From Mesorhizobium sp. 65-26 (GTDB taxonomy: Bacteria > Pseudomonadota > Alphaproteobacteria > Rhizobiales > Rhizobiaceae): a stretch of 64,000 nucleotides of DNA. This document shows, piece by piece, positions 27,300 through 36,500 of the stretch; position 1 is the stretch's first letter; every line of letters begins with the position of its first letter. Where the stretch lies: the NCBI RefSeq assembly GCF_001899205.1, contig NZ_MKVL01000010.1:117166-181165 (forward strand), written 5' to 3'. The notes below the pieces were generated by a model, which did not search any database, was not told the origin of the DNA, and saw only the letters and a program-made list of their open reading frames with translations. The translations under genes and the position numbers were made by a program.

Positions 27300-28682
27300 A
27301 TGACCGATACGCCCAGCATCCTGATCCGCAACGCGATCGTGCTGTCGATGGACGACGCCGTGGGCGATTTCCTCGATGGCGACGTGCTGGTGAGCGGCGA
27401 CAGGATTGCCGCCGTCGGCCACGGATTGCCGGCCGGCGAGGCTGAGGTGATCGACGGGCGCGGGCGCATCGTCATCCCCGGCATCGTCAACGCGCATATG
27501 CACACATGGCAGACGGGCCTGCGCGGGCTGACCGCCAACATGACGCTGCTGGAATATTTCCGCTGGGTGCATCGCGGGCTGGCCACGGCCTTCCGACCCG
27601 CCGACATCCACATCGCCACGCTTGCCGGCGCGCTCGGCCAGATCAATGCGGGCGCCACGACGCTCGGCGACTGGTGCCATAACAATCCGACGCCGGACCA
27701 TACGGACGCCGCCGTCGACGCGCTGTTCGAAAGCGGCATCCGCGCCGTGTTCCTGCACGGCTCGCCAAAGCCCGATCCGAAACCGGGCCAGCCGCATTTC
27801 TCCGAAGTGCCGCATCCGCGCCACGAGGTCGAAAGGCTGATGCGCGGCCGTTTTGCCAGCCGCGATCAACTGGCGACGCTGGGGCTGGCGATCCTGGGGC
27901 CGCATTATTCGACTATGGAGGTGGCGCGCGCCGACTTCCGGCTGGCGCGCGAATTCGGCCTGGTCGCCTCGATGCACCAGGGCGGCGGCGAGGCGAAGAC
28001 GCCGGGCGGCTGGGAAAGGCTGGAGGCGGAAGGGCTGGTCGGCACCGGCATCAACATCGTGCATGGCAACAATCTCAGCGACGAGCAGATCCGCCGCTTC
28101 GTCGGCGCGGGCGTATCGTTCACGGTGACGCCGGAAAATGAGATGACACAGGGCCACGGCTTTCCCATCACCGGCCGGGTGCTGTCGGCCGGCGGCCAGC
28201 CATCGTTCGGCGTCGACATCGAGTCGCTCGTCTCCAGCGACATGTTCACGGTGGCGCGCATGGCGCTCGCCTGCCAGCGCGCGCTGGACAACGACCTGTC
28301 GCGCAGGCAGACCGGCGCTATTCCCGAGACTTGCTCGGTCAGCACGCGCGACGCGCTGCGCTGGATCACGTTGGAAGGCGCGCGCATGTTGGGACTGGCC
28401 GACCGGATTGGTTCGCTGACGCCCGGCAAGCAGGCCGACATCGTCATGCTGCGCGCCGATGACTGGAACATGTGGCCGGTGCATGATCCCTGTTCCACCG
28501 TCATCATGCAGGCCAGCACAGGCAATGTCGAAGCGGTGATGATCGCGGGGCGGTTCCGCAAGCGCGATGGCCGGCTGGACTGGCCCGACGCCGAGCACGT
28601 CAAGCGCGAACTGGCGCAGTCGGGCCGGCGCATCGTCGCCGAGCTCGGCATTCCGACGCAACTGCGGACAGCGGCGGCCTGA
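27300..28682 (+). CDS. Metal-dependent amidohydrolase (AtzA/TRZ-ATZ-like)
   Basis: PGIVNAHMHTWQ (HxH), SMH, VHG, FGVD, GSLTPGKQADIV. Confidence 0.9.
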   Translation: MTDTPSILIRNAIVLSMDDAVGDFLDGDVLVSGDRIAAVGHGLPAGEAEVIDGRGRIVIPGIVNAHMHTWQTGLRGLTANMTLLEYFRWVHRGLATAFRPADIHIATLAGALGQINAGATTLGDWCHNNPTPDHTDAAVDALFESGIRAVFLHGSPKPDPKPGQPHFSEVPHPRHEVERLMRGRFASRDQLATLGLAILGPHYSTMEVARADFRLAREFGLVASMHQGGGEAKTPGGWERLEAEGLVGTGINIVHGNNLSDEQIRRFVGAGVSFTVTPENEMTQGHGFPITGRVLSAGGQPSFGVDIESLVSSDMFTVARMALACQRALDNDLSRRQTGAIPETCSVSTRDALRWITLEGARMLGLADRIGSLTPGKQADIVMLRADDWNMWPVHDPCSTVIMQASTGNVEAVMIAGRFRKRDGRLDWPDAEHVKRELAQSGRRIVAELGIPTQLRTAAA

Positions 28683-28798
28683 CACCGGGCATGCCGGGGC
28701 AACCGCCTGTCCCCCCTCAGGCCATCAAGCCTTCATCAGCCTTTCGGGACAAAGGATTGTTTTGGGCTGACTTTCCCGGGTCAAGGCCAGACGTTGGG

Positions 28799-29014
28799 CT
28801 AGTTGTGCAGCGTTTCTCCGGGAGGCGCCAGCGTCTGCAGCGCCTCAGCCGAGAGCACCATCAGCGCGTAGGCGATCTCCTTCGGCGCCCAGCCGGCTTC
28901 CGCCGCCTTGGACGTCAGGCCGAGGAAGGACGGCTCCAGGGCGAACCGGCATTCGGCCTGGTAGGTGGCTTCTGTGATGTCGGGTCTCGGCCGGTTGATC
29001 AGCGCTTTCATCAT
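28799..29014 (-). CDS. Small hypothetical protein (71 aa)
   Basis: ECRFALEPSF..L...AAEAGWAPKEIAYAL resembles a recurrent small Rhizobiales hypothetical family (from memory); codon style looks coding. Confidence 0.6.
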   Translation of the reverse strand: MMKALINRPRPDITEATYQAECRFALEPSFLGLTSKAAEAGWAPKEIAYALMVLSAEALQTLAPPGETLHN

Positions 29015-29303
29015 GGGGCTCTTCTCGACTGAAGCGCCACGCGCCCAAACGGGACGCGCGAAGGCGCTCCAAACACTCCGCCGCGTGATGTCCGAGGAAT
29101 CATCCCCATCCCCCGGGCAACCCGCGTATTGCCCCTTCCCCAGGTTCAGATGTTGCGCATCGCGGCGTCCGCGTCAATGGAGCGGGAAGGCCTGGAATCA
29201 AGCACGCTTGCGTGAACGGGCGACTTTGGAGCGCGCGCCCTCTTTCCGTCGGATTGCCGGCGCTCCATCCTGGGCAGCTCATTGCGCAAAAGGGATTGTC
29301 CAG

Positions 29304-29879
29304 ATGAAACGTCTCGTCCTCGCCGCCGCCTGGCTCGCGATTGGCGTGCTGGCCGGTCAGGTCGCCGTCGCGAAGGAAAGGACCGGACTTGCCGACGCCA
29401 CCGTGGTGATCGTGCGCCATGGCGAAAAGCCTGACGAGGGCGCCGGCCTCTCGCCGGCGGGCGAGGCGCGCGCCAAGGCCTATGTCGGCTATTTCGAGCA
29501 TCTTTCGCTCGACGGCACGCCGTTCAGGCCCGATACGCTGGTGGCAAGCGCCGACTCCAAGAACAGCGCCCGCGAAAGGCTGACGCTGGAGCCGTTGGCG
29601 CAGGCGCTCGGCCTGCCGATCGACCAGCGTTTCGCCGACAAGGAGGTGAAACAGCTTGCGCACGCGCTTGCCGGCGAAAGTCATGGCAAGTCGGTGCTGA
29701 TCGCCTGGCACCATGGCGAACTCGCCAAGCTCATCGATGCACTCGGCGCCAACCCGGCCACGCTTCTGCCCGACGGACGCTGGCCGGATGACGTGTTCAA
29801 CTGGGTGGTCGTGCTACGCTATGACCACCAGGGCAAGCTCATTCCCGGCTCGCCTCGCCTGCTGCACGAGCCGTTCTGA
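29304..29879 (+). CDS. Secreted histidine-phosphatase-superfamily protein
   Basis: Signal peptide MKRLVLAAAWLAIGVLAGQVAVA; IVRHGEKP catalytic motif, R..LTLEPLA, IAWHH. Confidence 0.8.
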   Translation: MKRLVLAAAWLAIGVLAGQVAVAKERTGLADATVVIVRHGEKPDEGAGLSPAGEARAKAYVGYFEHLSLDGTPFRPDTLVASADSKNSARERLTLEPLAQALGLPIDQRFADKEVKQLAHALAGESHGKSVLIAWHHGELAKLIDALGANPATLLPDGRWPDDVFNWVVVLRYDHQGKLIPGSPRLLHEPF

Positions 29880-29926
29880 CACCATCCGTTTGCGAATCGT
29901 TAATCCGCTTCCGCTAATGGAAGGGG

Positions 29927-30070
29927 ATGACCAAGGATCTGGGCAACAGGCGCTACGCGCCGGCACAGCAGAACCGGGACACTTTCTTCTCCCGGATCGC
30001 CCCGGCATTGTTCCCGCTCGCGGCGGCGGTGCTGGGCTATTTCGTCGGGCGTCACTTCTTCGGTTTCTGA
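29927..30070 (+). CDS. Unannotated 47-aa small membrane protein
   Basis: Below track cutoff. GGAAGGGG RBS then ATG; MTKDLGNRRYAPAQQNRDTFFSRIAPALFPLAAAVLGYFVGRHFFGF*, with GC3-biased codons and a C-terminal hydrophobic helix. Confidence 0.6.
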   Translation: MTKDLGNRRYAPAQQNRDTFFSRIAPALFPLAAAVLGYFVGRHFFGF

Positions 30071-30121
30071 GGCGCTCCTCGCGCCGACCATGGTCATCAG
30101 CCAGCCCACCGCCTCGGTCCT

Positions 30122-32431
30122 TCAGCCGGTCTCGTCGTCGGGAACCTCGCCGTTGCGCGGCGCGCGTTCGCTGGCCAGGAGCACGACCGGGCCGGTGCTG
30201 CCTGCCAGCACGGCGGCCGCGGTGTCGCCGAAGAACAGGTCGTCGCCGGGCCTTTGGGTCACGCCCATGACGACCATCGCGGCGCCCTTGGTCATTTCCC
30301 GGACAATCGCCCTGTCCGGCGTGGCGCGGGCACGGATCGCGGTGTCCACCGCCACGCCGTAGCGGTCGGCGAGATTGGCGATGTCCTTCAGCACCGCTTC
30401 CTCGCGGCGGTGCGAGACGGAGTCCGTGCGGCCGCCGCCGCGCGCCGCCTGCGACACGTACAGCACCTTGACGCGGGCCCGGTGCGGGCGCGCCAGCGCC
30501 AGCGCGAAATCGGCGGCGCGGCGCGATACTTCCGTGCCGTTGATCGGTACCAGTATGGTGGTTCCGGTGCGCAGCACCGGCATCCGCGTTGCCGGCTTGG
30601 CGCCGTTCAGCACCAGGCACAACGGACCGTCGAAGCCTTCGGCGATCTCGCTGAGCGCATCGCCGAAGGCGCCCCCTTCGAGCATCGCATTGTCCAGGCC
30701 GGCGAGCAGCATGCCGTAACCCTTGCGCGCTTCCTGGGCGATAGAGGCGCCGGTGGCTTCGGCCTCGCTGCGCGCCGTCAGATGCACCTTGCCCACCACG
30801 GTGTCCTCGGCCTTGCTGACGGCTTCGGCGCTCTTGCGGGCGCCTTTCCTGACCTCCTTCACGGCGCGTTCAGGACCTTTTTCGCCGGCGATGCGGCCAT
30901 CTTTCAGGTGCAGCACCGTGGTGGGCATGCCGCTGCCGCCACCGACCAGACCCGCCAGATAGGCGGCGAACTTGCCTATGCGGCTGTCGTCGACCACCAC
31001 CAGCAGCCGCTCCAGCTTCGAGACGAAGCCGCGTTCGTCCAGCGCCTCGCGCTCGACACGCAGCTTCTCCTCCTCGCCGACCGGAAGTCGGCCGAGCGCC
31101 CAGCGCAGCATCGGCGGCATGGCCAGCGTGGTGACGACGGCCATGGTGACGATCATGGTGAAGAGGTTGTGCGACAGGATGTTCATCGACAGGCCGATGG
31201 AGGCGACGATCACCTCCGTTGAGCCCCGAGCGTTCATCGCGCTGCCGACGGCGACGGCCTCTTTCATCGACATGCCCGACAACCTGCCGCCGATGAAGGC
31301 GCCGCCGAACTTGCCGATACTGGCGATCAACACCAGTGCCGCCGTCAGCATCGCCAGCGTCGGGTCGACGAGCACGGTAAGGTCCGCCGACAAGCCGGCC
31401 GTGCCGAAGAAGATCGGCATGAAGAGCGCGGTGATGACGCCGCGCAACTGTCCCTCGATGTGGTCGGAAAGGATCGGTGATTCCCCTACCAATATGCCGG
31501 CGACGAAGGCGCCGAGCACGGTGTGGACGCCGATCATGTTGGTGATCAGCGCCATGACGCCCATGATGATCAGGATCACGGTGATGACGGCGTATTCGCT
31601 GCGGAAGGTATCGTTGGTCCAGCGGATCAGGGTGAAGACGAGGCGGCGGCCGAGCGTGAAGGAGAGGCCCATGAACAGGCCTACCTCGACCACGGTGAGC
31701 AGCAGCGGTCCGAGCCTGAGGCTGCCATTGGTGGCGATGCCGAAGGTGATGGCGATGATCAGCCAGCCGATCGTATCCTCGATGATGGCCGAGGAGATGA
31801 TGATCTGGCCGAGCGTTCTGCGCATGAAGTTCATCTCGCGCACCACCATGGCGACGATCTTGACCGATGAGATCGAAAGCGCGGTGCCGAGGAACAGTCC
31901 GACGACGGTGCGCTGCGTCGGTTCCGGCAGCAGCGAGGCCGGCAGCGCCTGCGCCAGCGCGAAGCCGCATAGGAACGGCACCACGATGCCGGTGAAGGAG
32001 ATCGAGAAGCAGGCTGCGCCGACGCGGCGCACCAGCCTGAGATCGGTTTCCATGCCGGTGAGCAGCAAAAGCAGTAGGATGCCGAGCTGGGAAACCGCGT
32101 CGATCATGCCCTTCTGAGCGGGATCGGTGGGGAAGATCGTATGCTGGGCCGACGGCCACAGCCAGCCGAACAGGGAAGGCCCGAGCAGGATGCCGCCGAC
32201 CAGCTGGCCCATGATGCCCGGCTGGCCGAAGCGCTGGAAAAGTTCGCCAAGGCCACGGCCGACCACCAGCAACAGCACGATCTCGGCTATGAAGATACCT
32301 TCGCCGGAGCCTCCCATGCCCGAGGCCGGGCCGGCCGCGCGGGCCGTGTCGACAGACTGCAGGAAGGCGAGCAGGGCGACAGTGCATGCCGCCCAGATGG
32401 TCCACTCCGGCGTTGCCCATGGCCGCTTCAT
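30122..32431 (-). CDS. Cation:proton antiporter (CPA2) fused to C-terminal universal-stress-protein domain(s)
   Basis: QPGIMGQLVGGILLGPS, LLTGMETD, TIGWLIIA, FMPIFFG, MNARGSTEVI; C-terminal ILVPINGTEVSRRAADFA...MVVMG (USP). Confidence 0.93.
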   Translation of the reverse strand: MKRPWATPEWTIWAACTVALLAFLQSVDTARAAGPASGMGGSGEGIFIAEIVLLLVVGRGLGELFQRFGQPGIMGQLVGGILLGPSLFGWLWPSAQHTIFPTDPAQKGMIDAVSQLGILLLLLLTGMETDLRLVRRVGAACFSISFTGIVVPFLCGFALAQALPASLLPEPTQRTVVGLFLGTALSISSVKIVAMVVREMNFMRRTLGQIIISSAIIEDTIGWLIIAITFGIATNGSLRLGPLLLTVVEVGLFMGLSFTLGRRLVFTLIRWTNDTFRSEYAVITVILIIMGVMALITNMIGVHTVLGAFVAGILVGESPILSDHIEGQLRGVITALFMPIFFGTAGLSADLTVLVDPTLAMLTAALVLIASIGKFGGAFIGGRLSGMSMKEAVAVGSAMNARGSTEVIVASIGLSMNILSHNLFTMIVTMAVVTTLAMPPMLRWALGRLPVGEEEKLRVEREALDERGFVSKLERLLVVVDDSRIGKFAAYLAGLVGGGSGMPTTVLHLKDGRIAGEKGPERAVKEVRKGARKSAEAVSKAEDTVVGKVHLTARSEAEATGASIAQEARKGYGMLLAGLDNAMLEGGAFGDALSEIAEGFDGPLCLVLNGAKPATRMPVLRTGTTILVPINGTEVSRRAADFALALARPHRARVKVLYVSQAARGGGRTDSVSHRREEAVLKDIANLADRYGVAVDTAIRARATPDRAIVREMTKGAAMVVMGVTQRPGDDLFFGDTAAAVLAGSTGPVVLLASERAPRNGEVPDDETG

Positions 32432-32534
32432 AGGTCCCCTCAAAAACGTCCGGCTGCTTTGCCATAACAACGCGCGAACGCGGCTTGCGTTGCAGCGTCA
32501 CCAGGCAACTGTTGGGCGGGGCGGAGCGGATCTG

Positions 32535-33233
32535 TCAGACGTGCACGTCGCCGAAGGTGAGCTCGCCGCGGTCGCCGACGGCGACGAAGGCGGCGGCGAA
32601 GAGGGCGATGTAGAAAGCCGCTATGAATGCCACGATGACCGTGCCGGGGATCGGCCCGAGCGCGGCATTGTCGATGACCTCGCGCAGCGAGCCGACGAGG
32701 CCGGGCCGCGCGCCAACCGCCTGGAGGCTGGGCGTCGATATCTTCAGCACCCAGGCGAGCAGCAGCACGAGGAACAGGTAGGCGTAGTTGCGGCGCAGCC
32801 GCCGGGCGAGCGCCACGCGCTGCGACAGCAGGAATTTCGGCGCGCGCAAGCCTTCCCCGACGATCAGCAGCCAGTCGGAGGCGAAGTCCTCGCGCGGCGC
32901 GAAGATCTGCGCAAAATAGTGCCGCTCCAACTGGCGCACGCGCGCCCTGTAGAAATCGAAGAAGCGATAGCGGCGCGCCTCGATCCACAGCAGCAACAGG
33001 ACCAGGAGCATGGCGAAGAGGAGCACGCCGTGATGGGCGCTGGCCGTCGATAGCGACACGGACAGCATCGCCGCCACCACAGTGATCGCCCAGTTGGTGG
33101 TGCGGTCCAGCCGGTCACGCCAGCCGGCCATACGCGCGATCTCGGCGCGGTGGAAATGCGCTATCGTGGTGACGAGCTCGGCCGACGAAAGCGACCGCCC
33201 GATCGGGTTCGGTGCCGCTGACGCATCGTTCAT
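32535..33233 (-). CDS. DUF2270-like integral membrane protein
   Basis: AHFHRAEIARMAGWRDRLDRTTNWA, IEARRYRFFD, RRLRRNY. Confidence 0.82.
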   Translation of the reverse strand: MNDASAAPNPIGRSLSSAELVTTIAHFHRAEIARMAGWRDRLDRTTNWAITVVAAMLSVSLSTASAHHGVLLFAMLLVLLLLWIEARRYRFFDFYRARVRQLERHYFAQIFAPREDFASDWLLIVGEGLRAPKFLLSQRVALARRLRRNYAYLFLVLLLAWVLKISTPSLQAVGARPGLVGSLREVIDNAALGPIPGTVIVAFIAAFYIALFAAAFVAVGDRGELTFGDVHV

Positions 33234-33546
33234 GATTTCCTCCCGCCAGCCCTGTATAACGATCCCCGCCGCCGAAAGTTCCGCGATGAGGCTGGTGCGG
33301 GCCGGGCGATTCGCCGGTGGCTGCGACGAGCGTCCTGGCCTCCCAGAGAAAAGGTCGATCCCATGTCGCCTGCCATCCGGGCAGGCTTACCGCCGCCTTC
33401 TGTCCCGAATTGTCCGCATCTGTCCCTATGTGCCGGTATCGGCGGGGAGTCGCCCTCTCTAGCCTTCGAACCGCGTCGCCATCAGGCACGCCGTGGGATC
33501 GGGTGTGGGCCGCAAGGCGGCCCGCCGGACAGGGGGCAGGAAGCGG

Positions 33547-36500
33547 ATGGCATCGCAGACGCGTGCGCAACGGCGTGCATTGCAGGGGATTGCGGCCGGG
33601 TTCTCCGGAGGCATTCGAAGCGTGGGCCTGCGGAGCGCTGGGCTGGCGGCGCTTTTCCTGTCGAGCTCCTCGCTGGCGCTCGGCGCGTCGCTGACGTGGA
33701 ATGGCGCGACATCGGGCAACTGGTTCACCGTGGGCAACTGGACGCCGTCGGGGGTGCCGACGTCGAGCGACGATCTCGTCATCAACAGCGCAGGCGTCAA
33801 CACGGCCACTATCGGCTCCGCCGGCGCCTTGGCGAAGACGCTCACCATCGGCAGCACCGCGGGCACCAACGGCGCGCTGGTCATCGACGGCGCGGGTACG
33901 CTCGGTGTGTCCAGCAACTACCTTGTGGTCGGCGACTATGGCACCGGCACGCTGACCATTTCGGGCGGCGGCAAGCTGACCAGCGCCGGCGGCGTGGTCG
34001 CCAACAATCCGTCCTCCAGCGGCACGATGACGATCACCGGCGCCGGCTCGCAATGGACCAACAGCTTCCTGTCGATCTCGGCCGACACCGGCGCGGTGGG
34101 GCGCGTCAAGGTCGAGGCCGGTGGCAAGCTGCAGTCGAGCGGCAACGTCATGATCGGTGAAAGCTCGGTCAATGCCGACGGCCAGTTGACCGTCACCGGC
34201 TCCGGCTCGGACTTCACCATGACCAGCGCCGGCATCGCCCAGTTCAGGGTCGGCGCCGTCGGCAAGGGCGATTTCCAACTGTTGGACAACGCCACCGCCT
34301 CGACCAAATACACCTATCTCGGCGGCAGCGTCGGCAGCCTCGGCACGGCCACGGTTTCGGGCGGCGCGTCATGGACGACGGGCTCGTTTACGGTCGGTCC
34401 ACAGGGGCAGGGCGAATTGACCGTCTCCAGCGGTGGCAAGGTCATCACCACCGGCAGCGGCGCCACGGCCCGGATCGGCAATGGCAAGGTGACGGTCACC
34501 GGCGCCGGCTCGCAATGGACGATCGATGGCAACAACTACCTGCCGCTGCTGATTGGCTCGACCAGCCAGACCGCCGAGCTCAAGATCCTGAACGGTAGCG
34601 CGGTGGCCATCGATGCCAACGCGACCAATTTCCTTTCCGCCGACCTGAGGCTGGCCAACGGCGCCAACGAGAAAGCGTCGATCACCATCGACGGCGCCGG
34701 CTCCAGCTTCACCACGCCCTACCGGGTCTATATGGGCAACGGCACCAATTCGACCGTCGACACCACCGTCTCGGGCGGCGGCAAGCTCAACACCGGCTAT
34801 ACCAGCATCGCCAGCGCCAGCGACGCCACCACGGCGACCGCCGACACGGTGACCGTCACGGGTTCCGGTTCGGTCTGGGCGATCAGCAATACGCTGGGAT
34901 CCGGCCCGTCCGACCTGCAAGGCCTTACCATAGGCGGCGCCGGCAAGGGCGTGCTGACCATTGCCGATGGCGGCGTGGTGCGGGTCAATGGCGGCACCGG
35001 CGGCGTCGGCATCGGCGGCCTCGCCGGCTCCTCGGGCACGCTCAACATCGGTGCGGCCGCCGGCAGCGCCGCGGTGGCGCCTGGCACGCTCGAGGCATCG
35101 ACCGCGATATTCGTGAGTTCCGCCGCCGCGCCGCAGGCAGTCAACTTCAACCATACGTCCAGCAACTACATTTTCGCGCCAAAACTCGACGGCAACGGTC
35201 CCGGCGCCGTCAACGTCATCGCCGGCACCACCATCTTCACCGCCGACAACACCTACACGCCGCTGACCACCATCTATGCGGGCGCCACACTGCAACTCGG
35301 CAATGGCGGCACGACGGGCGGCATCACCGGCAATGTCGCCAACAACGGCACGCTGATCATCGACCGCTCCAACGATTTCGGACTTGGCTATGCCGGCGTC
35401 ATTTCCGGCACGGGCAATGTGGTCAAGAACGGCACCGGCACCTCGACGCTGACGGGCGCCAACACCTATACGGGCGGCACCACGATCAACAGTGGCCAGC
35501 TCAACGTCGGCAATTTCACCGGCGACGGCACGCTGACCGGCGATTATGTCAATCACAGCAAGCTGCTCTCCTACTCCAACGGCACACCCACCTATTCCGG
35601 CGTCATTTCGGGCGAAGGCAGCTTCGAGAAGTCCGGCAACGGAACGCTGACCTTCAACAGCGTCCAGACCTATACGGGCGGCACGAAGCTGACCTTTGGC
35701 AGCCTCATCCTGGGCGGCAACGACCGGCTGGTGACGACAGGCGCGCTGATCGGCAATGGCGGCGTCTTCGACCTCAACGGCTTCAACCAGACCGTCGGCG
35801 ATCTTTCCGGCTACGGCCGCCTCGAGATCAGGACGGGCACCCTCACGGCTGGCGGTTCCGCCGACACGCTGTATCAGGGCCAGATAAACGGCACCGGCGC
35901 CTTCACCAAGCAGGGCTCGGGCACGCTGACCATCACCGGCACCAAGAACTTCAGCGGCACGACGACGGTCAATGCCGGCACGCTCAAGGTCGACGGCACC
36001 ATGGCGTCGAGTACCTTCCAGGTGAATTCCGGCGGCACGCTGACCGGCGGCGGCGCGGTCGGGGCCACGACCGTCGCCAATGGCGGCACGCTTGCCGGCA
36101 AGGCGGGCCAGACCCTGACGCTCGCCTCGCTGACGCTCAACGACGGCTCCAACGTCAGCGCCGCGCTGGGCGCGGCCAACACCACGCCGCTGTTCGACGT
36201 GACCGGCAATCTGACGCTCGACGGCAAGCTGTCGGTGAGCGATGCCGGCGGTTTCGGCAACGGCACCTATCGCATCGCCAACTATGGCGGCACGCTGACC
36301 AACAACGGGCTGGTGATCGGCACCGTGCCGGTGGGCTACAACCCCGGCGACTGGTCGATCCAATCCGGAAGCGGCGTCGTCAACCTTCTGGTCGCCACCG
36401 GAGCCGGCGAGCAATACTGGGACGGCGCCAACACGAACCCGGGCGGCGTCGCCGACGGGCGTGGCGGCAACGGCACCTGGGACGCTTCCTCGACCAACTG

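Noticed and set aside
29900-30109. Track ORF 29900..30109 (-), 69 aa
   Set aside because: No RBS or motif; the plus-strand 47-aa ORF at 29927..30070 has a better RBS, codon bias and a TM helix.
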